Below the pieces are notes generated by a model. The model was not told the DNA's origin. It did no database searches and saw only the letters and a list, made by a program, of their open reading frames with translations. Below, one piece after another: positions 44,783 through 54,400 of a stretch of 64,000 nucleotides of DNA (the first letter of the stretch is position 1; the number at the start of each line of letters is the position of its first letter). Both the position numbers and the translations under genes were made by a program. This DNA comes from Candidatus Magasanikbacteria bacterium RIFOXYC2_FULL_42_28 (lineage in GTDB: Bacteria > Patescibacteriota > Patescibacteriia > Magasanikbacterales > GWA2-37-8), in contig MFQZ01000009.1 of NCBI GenBank assembly GCA_001784435.1, positions 11,324 through 75,323 on the forward strand. Direction: 5' to 3'.

Positions 44783-45856
44783 TTAGTCATTTTCTTCTAA
44801 TCTCGGCTTATCAAGTGTCAACGGTTCAATCGCTTTTTCTCCATCGGTAATTTTCACCACGTCTTTATCAATTTTATTTAATTCTTTGTAAGCGGTGTTG
44901 TAAGAATTTACCGTAGTCGTTAAATTATTTCCTAATTTTTTAAAATAATCATCATAGGCCATAAGGTGTTTGCCTAATTGTTCCACGCGGTCGCGAATTT
45001 CTTTGGCCGACTCCTCTATCTTCATGGCGCGCAAACCTTGCAAAACAGTTTGTAAATATGCCAAGAATGATGTTGGTGAAACAATTATCACGTGCCTTTC
45101 TTTAAAGGCATATTCAATTAAATCATGCGTATTTACTTTGACCGCACCAACTTGATTGATAAGTAAATCATAATAAATTCCTTCGGCCGGGATGAACATA
45201 AATGCGAAATCCATGGTGTTTTCCTTGGGTTTGATATATTTACTGGTTTCGTCAATGCGATTTTTTAAATCATTTTTAAATATTTTTTCCAATTCAATTC
45301 GGCGCGTCGGATCACGCTCTTCCACAATGCGATTATAGTTTTCCAAACTGAATTTGGAGTCAATTGGTATGACTTTGTCTTTTACAAAAACAGCGGCGTC
45401 CACGATGTCGCCGTCCGTAAATTTATATTGCATTTGATAACTGCCGGGCGGTAAAACATTTTTCAAAACATTTTCCAAATAATATTCCCCGAGGATGCCA
45501 CGCTGTTTTGGATTTTGTAAAATATTTTCTAAGTTTTGTAATTGATCGGCAAAGCCAACGACTTGGCGATTGGTCTCGTCTAACTTGGCGAGTCGTTCGG
45601 TAACGTCGGTAATTATTTTTACACTTTGGCCGTGTTGTGATTGTAACGCTTGGTGCATGCTTGCTTGCGTGGCGTTAACAATTTTATGGGTGTCGGAAGT
45701 TTTCTGGTCAATTAAGCGCGACAGATCCTGAATTTGGTTTTGGAGCATTAGGAGCGATTGGGTGTTTTCGGGTGGTTTGGGTTTTTTGGAATTGAAAATT
45801 AAAATACCCAGTCCAACGGCGATAATTAATAGTAAGATTATAATCCAAATGTCCAT
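44783..45856 (-). CDS. rmuC: DNA recombination protein RmuC
   Basis: An N-terminal TM helix is followed by a long coiled coil and the C-terminal RmuC nuclease-like domain (FAFMFIPAEGIYYDLL). Confidence 0.8.
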   Translation of the reverse strand: MDIWIIILLLIIAVGLGILIFNSKKPKPPENTQSLLMLQNQIQDLSRLIDQKTSDTHKIVNATQASMHQALQSQHGQSVKIITDVTERLAKLDETNRQVVGFADQLQNLENILQNPKQRGILGEYYLENVLKNVLPPGSYQMQYKFTDGDIVDAAVFVKDKVIPIDSKFSLENYNRIVEERDPTRRIELEKIFKNDLKNRIDETSKYIKPKENTMDFAFMFIPAEGIYYDLLINQVGAVKVNTHDLIEYAFKERHVIIVSPTSFLAYLQTVLQGLRAMKIEESAKEIRDRVEQLGKHLMAYDDYFKKLGNNLTTTVNSYNTAYKELNKIDKDVVKITDGEKAIEPLTLDKPRLEEND

Positions 45857-45882
45857 ATTATTTTTTGGCTAATTCAAAATTG

Positions 45883-45954
45883 TCTCCTCACCAGGAATTG
45901 AACCTGGATCTAGACGTTAGGAGTGTCTTATTCTATCCGTTGAACTATGAGGAG
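45883..45954 (-). tRNA. tRNA-Arg (CCU)
   Basis: On the minus strand: CTCCTCA-TA-GTTC-AACGGATA-GAAT-A-AGACA-CTCCTAA-CGTCT-AGAT-CCAGG-TTCAATT-CCTGG-TGAGGAG-A. CCA is not encoded. Confidence 0.75.
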
Positions 45955-46576
45955 AAATGATTTTGTTGACCTGTGTATTTATAGCAGAAATTTTCTTAAA
46001 AAGCAACCCAGCTTTCTTGACCCTAACTCGACACATGCCAAACTTAAGTTTTCCGATTTTTTTGCCTTTAAGTACATTTATACTTACATTGTCCCACAAA
46101 TCCAGTTTAGTAATGGTTGACCAATGGCGAATGCACGCGTCTTTGTCCAGATCTTCATAAATTCTAATTGAAATCTTAAAATCCAAATCTTTTACGTGAA
46201 ATTCAGTTCGCAATATATCCATAAATACTGCCACCATTTTTGAATCGGTGTTTGAGAAACTGAAGTCGCTTTTACTTCCCTCTGCCCAATATAATGCGCT
46301 GGCGAAAAGCATTCTTTCCCGATGGCTTAATTCAGTGAGTGTTGTAGTTGCGTGTAAGATGGCTTTGTCCCAATTTCTCTCGGACATGATTTTGCTCGCA
46401 TTTCTACGCGCCAGCCAGCGTTGTTTAAATTCAGGCAAAATAGTAGTATTTTTTGAAATTCGCCACGCAGTTGCACGATTTACTCCCAAGATTTGGCTAA
46501 TCTCAGGCATACTTCGGCCGTGTTTTCTTAATTCGACAATTTTATCTTTTATTTCTTGTTTGATTAGTTTCGACAT
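45917..46576 (-). CDS. HTH + LAGLIDADG-like (single-motif) homing-endonuclease-family protein
   Basis: The N-terminal HTH is ELRKHGRSMPEISQILGVNRATAWRI. Downstream, LFASALYWAEGSKSDFSF resembles the LAGLIDADG/EG motif. The 3' end of the ORF overlaps the first 38 nt of tRNA-Arg. Confidence 0.4.
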   Translation of the reverse strand: MSKLIKQEIKDKIVELRKHGRSMPEISQILGVNRATAWRISKNTTILPEFKQRWLARRNASKIMSERNWDKAILHATTTLTELSHRERMLFASALYWAEGSKSDFSFSNTDSKMVAVFMDILRTEFHVKDLDFKISIRIYEDLDKDACIRHWSTITKLDLWDNVSINVLKGKKIGKLKFGMCRVRVKKAGLLFKKISAINTQVNKIISPHSSTDRIRHS

Positions 46577-46763
46577 AATCTATCTTAATTTATTACCTAA
46601 AATGTATTATAGCATGAAATAGCCAAGTAGTCCAAGTGATGTTTGGCTCTTTACAATAGATTTTGGTAATAATATAGGTCTTGATTAATTTGTAAATATA
46701 GTGTATAATTTTATCTAGCGGAATTTGTATTATTATGATAGTGTTTCTGGTTGTAGTTATAAT

Positions 46764-46834
46764 GGGCCCATGGTCTAGTGGTATGACACGGCATTCGCAT
46801 TGCCGGAGCGGCAGTTCGATTCTGCCTGGGTCCA
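46764..46834 (+). tRNA. tRNA-Ala (CGC)
   Basis: The acceptor GGGCCCA/TGGGTCC has G3:U70 and A73. The anticodon loop is TTCGCAT and the T-loop TTCGATT. CCA is not encoded. Confidence 0.8.
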
Positions 46835-46925
46835 CACGGCTTCACTGCGTTACGCCGTGTAAACTACGGCTATTAAATTAAATACAAAGTAGAGTTTACA
46901 GGGCGTAGCCGTAGGCGAAGCCCTG

Positions 46926-46948
46926 GGGATAACTTTGGGGATAAATCA
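46926..46948. promoter_or_regulatory. Tandem GGGGATAA DnaA-box-like motifs
   Basis: TGGGGATAACTTTGGGGATAA, the same variant box as in the dnaA-flanking clusters. Confidence 0.3.
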
Positions 46949-46962
46949 GTTGAAAAGTGGAT

Positions 46963-47060
46963 GTTTGTATACGCTAGCGTAATCAAACTTTAAAAATGCT
47001 CAATTTTGGGCGTTTTTTTGATATATTTAAAATTTGATTACGCTAGTGTAATCAAACGCG
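46963..47060. repeat. Two family 3 palindromes (GTTTGTATACGCTAGCGTAATCAAAC at 46963-46988; TTTGATTACGCTAGTGTAATCAAA at 47037-47060)
   Basis: The same arms as the 6441/7180 copies with a different 6-7 nt centre. Confidence 0.5.
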
Positions 47061-47146
47061 CTAGTTCAGGTGTAGTTTTTCAGGTTTTTGTGGTTATATT
47101 GCGTGATTTTTGTTTAAAGGTTTGGTTAGGATATGGCGCTCACAGT

Positions 47147-47245
47147 GTTTCATGTGAAACAAATGGTTTTTACTTTATATTTAGCCAATTTATCTATTAA
47201 ATCACGAAAATACTGCAAAAATGTTTCATGTGAAACGTTTTTGTT
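47147..47245. promoter_or_regulatory. Two copies of the palindrome GTTTCATGTGAAAC, 85 bp apart (candidate operator pair)
   Basis: Copies at 47147-47160 and 47232-47245. A related GTTTCACTTCTGTGAAAC lies at 7452-7469. Confidence 0.35.
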
Positions 47246-47458
47246 GGTCCAATATGGTAATTATCAACCTATTATCATTTGGCAAGTAAAAAATATTTTT
47301 CTTAAACTCTGATCATTTAAATTTTTTTAATGGTATCACCGGTGTCCTTGATGCCAAGTTTTGGAAAATTTATTTTATAAAATTAGCTTACCCCGACGCT
47401 GTCGGTCGGGGTCAATTTGATCTTGCGATCAGATTGAAAGTTATACACAGTTTTTTAT

Positions 47459-47487
47459 AAGAAAAAAATTAGATTGTGTGCTATAAT
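47459..47487 (+). promoter_or_regulatory. Extended -10 promoter (TGcTATAAT) for the 47534 gene
   Basis: TGTGCTATAAT at 47477-47487, with a weak -35. Confidence 0.35.
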
Positions 47488-47533
47488 ATAATAAATAATA
47501 AGTAAAAGGAAATTAATTTTTTACATTAAAGCT

Positions 47534-49837
47534 ATGTTTCAGAAACAGTTGGCAAAATTTTTTGAGTTTGGGTCGTATATTTTATTGTTGTTATCAGTAT
47601 TGTTGGTGCCGATGGCCATTGATAACCAGCTGGTGAATTCGTATATCATACCAAAACAGTATGTATTAGGGGGATTGGTTTTGCTCGCGGCATTATTTTG
47701 GGCGGCGCGGGCGGTAGTAACTAAAAAGGTTTCTTATATTCAATCATTTGCCGACAAGCCCTTGATTTTATTTCTGTTAGTCGCTTTACTCACGGCAATT
47801 TTTTCTGCCAATCGTAGCAGTTCGTTTTTAGGAGTGGCTGATTATTATATTTTGAGTTTTGCGTCTTTTGTGGTTTCGGTGCTTTTTTATTTTTTAATTG
47901 TTAATCATTTCACCACGGCCAAACGTTGGCGTCTCGGCGTTGATTTGACGGTATTAGTTGGTGGTGTTTCGGCAACGTTATTTTTATTGCGCACTGTTTT
48001 TAATTTTGATGTTTTGTCTAAGTTGGGGATCTCGGCCTGGAATCTGATTGACCCAACTAACACCGCGTTTGGAATTTGGCTCGTTGCTATTTTTATGCTT
48101 TCGGCCGGTCAATTAATCAAGAAAAATTGTCCGGTCGGTCGGTCGTTGTTTAATTTTTTTGTGGCTTTGCTCGCGGTGGCGTGTCTCTTAACTTTAGGGT
48201 TTGATGTTTTGTGGTGGGTGTTGTTGATTGGTTTAGCGTTGCTGTTATTGTTAGGTGTAACATTTTTGCGTGAAGCGCGTTTGGGGTGGTTGACGGTTTT
48301 GTTTGCTCTGCTTGTTACCGATATAATTTTTATCACTTTTAATTCGCCTAAAGTTTTACAGACCAGCGTGCCGGTAGAAGTGGCGCTGGGCGCGCGACCA
48401 TCTTGGGATGTTACCAGCGCGACGCTTGGAGGCGGGGTAAAGAGTTTTCTTTTGGGTTCCGGTTTGGGTACTTTTGGCGTGGATTTTTCTCGTTATCGCA
48501 GTGTGGATTTTAACAACGACCCAGTCGCGTGGTCATTGCGTTTTAATCAACCGTTTAATACTTTATTGGCATTTTTGTCAGAGGGCGGGTTGTTGCTGGC
48601 GTTGGCGTTTGTTTTTGTGGTGGTCTTTTTCTTGGGGCATATTTTGTATGTCTGGCTTGGGCAAAGAGCGGAAGTAATGTTTGGCGGGTTGTCCGGAGAT
48701 TTGGGTTGGAAGTCCGGAGATTTGCGGTTTGAAATATTTTTAGTGTCTTTGGTTTGGGTGCTACTGACTATTTGCACGGGGTTTGCTTTTTTTGGACAAA
48801 GTTTGTGGTGGTTGTGGTGGTTTTTGCTTGGACTTTCCGCCAGCGGTTTGGGTTTTATTTATTCTAAGGCACATAATTTGCGCGAGTGGGAAATAGAAGA
48901 CGCGCCGCAATATAGCTTGTCCTTTTCTTTTATTTTAGTGGTATTGTCAGCCGGGATTGTAATGTCGGGGGTGATTGGGGCGCGAATGTATATGGCGGAA
49001 CGAGCGTACGCGGTCGCGGTTAGAGCCGATGATTTGGATACAGTAGAAATAAATTTAAAAAAGGCGATTAGTTTGCGTGATAATTACAGTGTTTATAATT
49101 TTTATATGGCGCGCTTGTTTTTGTCTCGGGCGGTTGAAGCCAGTAAAAATTCCAATCCAGACCCCGCGGTAATAAGCGCGCTTATGAGTAACGCGGTAAA
49201 TACCGCTCGTCGCGCTACCGATATCGCGCCGGCATCGGTGGGGTTGTGGGAAAATTTAGCCACGATGTATGAAAACGCGGCAGTGATAGTGCCGGAAGCG
49301 CGTGATTGGGCGGTGAAATCTTGGATGAAATGTACTGAATTAGAGCCCACCAACCCGGTCTTGTGGTTGCGACTGGGGAATAATTATTTGGCGAGCGGGA
49401 ATAACGAAGACGCGAAGAAAAGTTTTGAGGAGGCGATAAAATTAAAATCTGATTATGTCGTCGCGAGCATTTCTTTGTCGCAGATTTATGAGACCGAACA
49501 GAATTTTGAAAAGGCGGTTGAAATATACGAAAAAATTATGACCATAGCCGGCAATAACGCGGAGGTGGCTTATAACTATGGTCGTTTGTTGTATAACCGC
49601 AATGCCAAAGGTGATCGCGACGGGGCCGAACAGATTTGGCTAAAAGTGATTGAAGCGCAACCGAATTTCTCCAATGTTTTGTATAGTTTGGGGATGTTGT
49701 ATGAAACGCGTGGCGATAAATATAAAGCGTTAGATTATTATTATCAAGTAAAAGAATTAAATCCGGATAACAAAGATATCACAGCGAAGATTAAATCACT
49801 CGTCGGTGTACCGGTGGCTGAAGTCAATAAAAAATAA
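47534..49837 (+). CDS. O-antigen-ligase-like (Wzy_C) polytopic membrane protein with C-terminal TPR repeats
   Basis: ~12 TM helices with a large periplasmic loop are followed by TPR-like repeats (AEVAYNYGRLLYNRN...VLYSLGMLYETRGDKYKALDYYYQ). Confidence 0.6.
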   Translation: MFQKQLAKFFEFGSYILLLLSVLLVPMAIDNQLVNSYIIPKQYVLGGLVLLAALFWAARAVVTKKVSYIQSFADKPLILFLLVALLTAIFSANRSSSFLGVADYYILSFASFVVSVLFYFLIVNHFTTAKRWRLGVDLTVLVGGVSATLFLLRTVFNFDVLSKLGISAWNLIDPTNTAFGIWLVAIFMLSAGQLIKKNCPVGRSLFNFFVALLAVACLLTLGFDVLWWVLLIGLALLLLLGVTFLREARLGWLTVLFALLVTDIIFITFNSPKVLQTSVPVEVALGARPSWDVTSATLGGGVKSFLLGSGLGTFGVDFSRYRSVDFNNDPVAWSLRFNQPFNTLLAFLSEGGLLLALAFVFVVVFFLGHILYVWLGQRAEVMFGGLSGDLGWKSGDLRFEIFLVSLVWVLLTICTGFAFFGQSLWWLWWFLLGLSASGLGFIYSKAHNLREWEIEDAPQYSLSFSFILVVLSAGIVMSGVIGARMYMAERAYAVAVRADDLDTVEINLKKAISLRDNYSVYNFYMARLFLSRAVEASKNSNPDPAVISALMSNAVNTARRATDIAPASVGLWENLATMYENAAVIVPEARDWAVKSWMKCTELEPTNPVLWLRLGNNYLASGNNEDAKKSFEEAIKLKSDYVVASISLSQIYETEQNFEKAVEIYEKIMTIAGNNAEVAYNYGRLLYNRNAKGDRDGAEQIWLKVIEAQPNFSNVLYSLGMLYETRGDKYKALDYYYQVKELNPDNKDITAKIKSLVGVPVAEVNKK

Positions 49838-49850
49838 GCGGAATTAATTT

Positions 49851-50489
49851 ATGCGTAATTTTTTGGCAATAATTTTAATCGCGCTTGGGCTTGTGGTTGA
49901 CCCGGTTATTTTGCGCGCGGCGATGTCGTCCACGGATTATTATATTTACGCGGATGATTTTAGTATGGGCGGTGGTTTGAGTACCGGTGGCGAATATAGT
50001 TTACAAGATACGATTGGTCAATCGCCGGTCGACGCAATTAGTGGTGGTAGTTATGCTTTAAGCGCCGGGTATCAATTTCAAACGCTTGGAACAATCAGCA
50101 TGTCAATTTCCAGTTCGTCGTTGAGTTTGGGGACGTTGTCTGCCACGGGCGCGTCGTCAACAGCCGAGACCACGGTTACGGTTATTACTGATTCTGCCAG
50201 TGGGTATGTTTTATCGGTTTCAGATGTAAGTGGCGAAAGTTTAACGCCGGTGGCCGATGACGCGGTGGATGGTAATGGTGATTCCGAGGAGTATGGGTTG
50301 GCGGTGAGCGGGAGTGACGCGGATTTTGCGACCGATGAACCGGTGGCGACCAGTTTAACATTGGCTTCCAATTCTGAAATAGCCAATGGTAACGCGACCG
50401 TTTTGACTTTTAAGGCAATTCGCGGGGTGTCTTCTACCGCCGATACCTATAGCCAGAGTATTACACTTTCGGCAGTGGCGAATTTTTAA
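49851..50489 (+). CDS. Secreted Ser/Thr-rich hypothetical protein
   Basis: A signal peptide is present, and the sequence is Ser/Thr/Gly-rich with no Cys or Trp. Confidence 0.35.
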   Translation: MRNFLAIILIALGLVVDPVILRAAMSSTDYYIYADDFSMGGGLSTGGEYSLQDTIGQSPVDAISGGSYALSAGYQFQTLGTISMSISSSSLSLGTLSATGASSTAETTVTVITDSASGYVLSVSDVSGESLTPVADDAVDGNGDSEEYGLAVSGSDADFATDEPVATSLTLASNSEIANGNATVLTFKAIRGVSSTADTYSQSITLSAVANF

Positions 50490-50539
50490 TCCCGCTTCGC
50501 CTTTGGCTACGCAGGACAAGTGCCTGATTTAATAGTTTA

Positions 50540-51418
50540 ATGGTCATGAAAAAAATTTTCTTAATTATTTTACTGGGGATTTTGGCACCGACTTTGGGGG
50601 CGCGCGCCTTTTCTTTAAGTCCATTGAAATATATTTTTTCTGTGGAACGTGGTGAAAGCACGGTGATTACAGTAACTCTAAATAATTATGAATCCGGGGT
50701 GATTGCCTTGGAGCCGGCGGTGGTGGGGATGAAAACCGACAAAGCCGGTCGGCCGGTTTATGATAGCACAGCCGAGGTAATTGGTTGGGTAAAGTCGGAT
50801 TGGAATTTTATAAATTTAAAAGAAGGCCAAGGCCAAAAAGTTCATTTTTTAGTTACCGTTCCAGCTGGCGCGTATCCGGGTGATTATTATTTAGGTGTCG
50901 GCGCGAAACGCGTTGCCGGTGTCGGCGCGGTAAGTATCGGTGAGCAACTTTTGACAGTAGTGAATTTGAAAGTGGCTGGAACTGCGCGCGAGGATTTGGT
51001 GGTGAAAAAATTTGAAGTTAGTGGAAAATTTTTTGAAAAAAATAAAAAATTTAATTTGGAAATTGAAAATAAAGGCAATGTGGAAATGCCGATAAGCGCG
51101 GTTTTAAAAATAAGCGATTGGCGTGGGCGGATAATTTTGGAACAGCCGGTTGCGGTGGGAAATAAAATTTTGCCATTAGCATCGCGAGTAGCATCAACCG
51201 ATTTTGTCATTGCGAGGAGCGAAGCGACGCGGCAATCTATCGTGCCGGGTTTGTATCAAGTGGATTTAACAGTTGATTACGGTTTGACTAAACAAAAAAT
51301 TACCGCGGTGGAAAATTTTTGGTATGTGCCAACTTGGACGTTGGGTGTGTTGGTGGGGGTGATTATATTGGTGGGATTAATTATTTTTATTAAAAATAGG
51401 AAAAATTTTGGGTATTAA
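50540..51418 (+). CDS. DUF916/DUF3324-like cell-surface protein with a C-terminal TM anchor
   Basis: A signal peptide is followed by FSLSPLKYIFSVERGESTVITVTLNNYESGVIALEPAV (a DUF916-like start). The C-terminal TM ends in the basic tail KNRKNFGY. Confidence 0.4.
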   Translation: MVMKKIFLIILLGILAPTLGARAFSLSPLKYIFSVERGESTVITVTLNNYESGVIALEPAVVGMKTDKAGRPVYDSTAEVIGWVKSDWNFINLKEGQGQKVHFLVTVPAGAYPGDYYLGVGAKRVAGVGAVSIGEQLLTVVNLKVAGTAREDLVVKKFEVSGKFFEKNKKFNLEIENKGNVEMPISAVLKISDWRGRIILEQPVAVGNKILPLASRVASTDFVIARSEATRQSIVPGLYQVDLTVDYGLTKQKITAVENFWYVPTWTLGVLVGVIILVGLIIFIKNRKNFGY

Positions 51419-51427
51419 ATATTACTC

Positions 51428-54400
51428 ATGTTTAGTCCGAAAAAAATATTTTTTACAATTTTGACAGCAGTGCTGGCGGTTGGTTTATCAACCGCCTCTT
51501 TAGTATTAGCCGAAACGCAAACCGGGGGGTTGACAGTGGGGGTTACTATTGGGAGTGACGCTGTTTGTGGAAATGGCGCGGTTGAAGGCGATGAGGCCTG
51601 TGATGCCGGCAGTAGTAACGGGCTTTGTTCCGCGACTTGTAGTACCAGTTGTACGGTTAAGGCCACGACCGATTGTGGTGGCGGTGGCGATACCGACAAT
51701 TCTCCGACAATTTCCAATGTAACCACTACTCTGATTACGGTTAACAGCGCAACGGTGAGCTGGAACGCGACTGATAACAACGGAATTTCCACCTCCACTT
51801 TTGTTTATGGAATTGATATCAATTATGGCAGTAGTGCGACAATATCAGGTTCCAATCCGTATAGCGTAAATTTATTCGGTTTATCTGCCAACACGGTTTA
51901 TTATTTTCAAATTTCCGTTACTGATACTGGCAGTCATACCGTTGAATCTACTGGCAGTTTTACGACTTTATCAACGGCGGTAGGAGATACCATCCCTCCT
52001 AATATTTTTAATGTTATTGTTTCCCCAATCGGCGTAACTATGGCGACAATTTCATTTGATACCAACGAGTTGACGACAGCGCAAATTAAATTTAGTTCCG
52101 ACTTTTCTTATGCCAGCAGTACGGCCTTGGACGCGGTTTTGGCTACCACACACACAATTTCAGTGCTGGGTTTATGGCCGGATACTACCTATCATTTTCA
52201 AATTATCGCCAATGATGAACCGAATAATACCACCACCACTTTGGATGCTACCTTTACTACTTTGCCGGCGCCGGCCGTGGCCGATGTTGGTCATTTTGAA
52301 TTATCACCGTCATTTGAAGCAATTACTTTAAGTTGGGATTTGCCTGATTCTCCGTATTACGACCATATTATATTAAATCGTCAAGTTACCGGCGATCCGG
52401 CCACATTGGTAGAGTTGCCGGTTGATCCATTGGATAGTTTATTTATCGATTATGGGATTGATTTTAATATCAATTATACCTATACGATTTATGTCGTAGA
52501 TATTTTTGACCAACAAAGCCAAGGGGTATCGGTAAATGGCGAAGTTTTAGCATTTGGTTTAGAGGATTGTGATAACGGTGATGTTGACGATGATGGCGAT
52601 GGTGATGCTGATTGTGGTGATTTAGACTCTTGTTTCTCCCACCCCCACTGTGTAATTGAGGAAGTGTGTCATGATGAAAATGGTGATGGCTTGGAAAATT
52701 GTGATGATCCGAGTTGCGCTGGCAATGCGGTATGTTTAGCATTACACGAAGATGAGATTTGCGGTAACTTGTTTAATGATAACGGCGATGATTTTGAAAG
52801 TGATTGCGAAGACCCTGACTGTGCCGGATTCCCCGACCCGCAATGTGTCCTTTTTGATGTCGTGGCTTGTTCGGACCAGCAAGACAACGATGGCGACGGC
52901 CAAATTGATTTTGGCAATGACACCGGTTGCGTGAGCGCTGGTGATAATGACGAAAGTGACGACACGGTGCCGAGTTTTTTACAGTTGAATGTTAATGATA
53001 TTAAATTTTTTGCCGGTAATCGTCAAATTCCTTTGGCGCCGGTTAATGAAGTGGTGAGCAGTTTGGCTGGTAGTAACTTTACTGTGGCGGTCGCGCCGGC
53101 AATTACTCCCCAGGCAGTTACCTTGGTTTTGGAAGGGGCCACTTATCAGTTTGGCTTTAATGCGGTGGATAATATTTATTATTCAGATTTTACTTTGCCA
53201 TTTGTTGGTGTGCATAGCGCTTATTTAAATATTGATTATGGCAATGGCCAACAGGATAGCGTATTGATTAAAATAAATTGTTTGCCTTGGGGGCAAGTGG
53301 AAAGTGGTGGTGAGCTAATTGCGGGCGTGGAAATGTTTTTGCTTGATACCAATAATGAAAAAATATATTTGGGTGAATACGGTCAAACTAATCCGGTTTT
53401 GACGAGCGCGAGCGGGTTATATGGCTGGTCGGTATTGCCTGGTCACTACCTCGTGCGCGCAAACAAGGAGGGATTTTATGAACGGACTGTTCAAATTTAT
53501 GAGGTAAAAAATAATTCCATTAACGCGAATATTGATTTAATTAAAATGCCGACTAATTGGTTAGGGGCCATAGACGCGGCGCGGGGGTTGGCTCTACAAG
53601 CGGTAAATGATGTTGCCGATAATCCGGCAGTGGAGCAAGTCGCCCAGCAGGTAGTGGCGCCGGTGGCAGTAGGGGTGTCAGCGGTGGGGACGATTTTGGT
53701 GGTGCCGTGGTGGAATTTGTTGGCGCTGTTACGTTTCTTATTTTTACAACCGCTTTTACTTATCGGTCGGGGCAAACGCAAACAGTGGGGCATGGTTTAT
53801 AATTCTTTGAGCAAAATGCCAATTGATTTGGCAATCGTGCGTTTGTTTGACGCGACCACCGGCAAATTGTTGCGTTCGCGTGTTACCGACGAACACGGTC
53901 GTTATGCGTTTATTATGCCACCAGGCAAATATCGTCTGCAAGTGGTAAAAATGAATATGACTTTTCCCTCCGTGTTGTTAGCCGGTATTACGCACGACGG
54001 CAATCGGCCGGATATTTATCATGGTGAAGAAATTATTGTTAATGAAAAAAATGTTTTGATTACGGCCAATGTCCCGCTTGATCCGTCCGGAGATGGTAAA
54101 ACGCCGAAACGGATTTTGCGTGAGCGGTTTTGGCGTAAAGTGCAGTCGGGCGTGTCCGGTTTGGGTTTGGTTTTCACTTTGGTCGCGTTATATATTTCAC
54201 CGCGTTGGTATATGTGGGTTTTGGCCGGGGCGCATATTGGTTTGATGTTGGTATTTAGACGTTTGGCAAAACCAAAAACTGCCAAGGGCTGGGGAATTGT
54301 TTCCGATACTGTCACGAGTAAACCGGTGGGGCGCACGGTGGCGCGTTTGTTTGATACCAAATTTAATAAATTGGTGGCCACCGAAGTTACTGATAAACAC

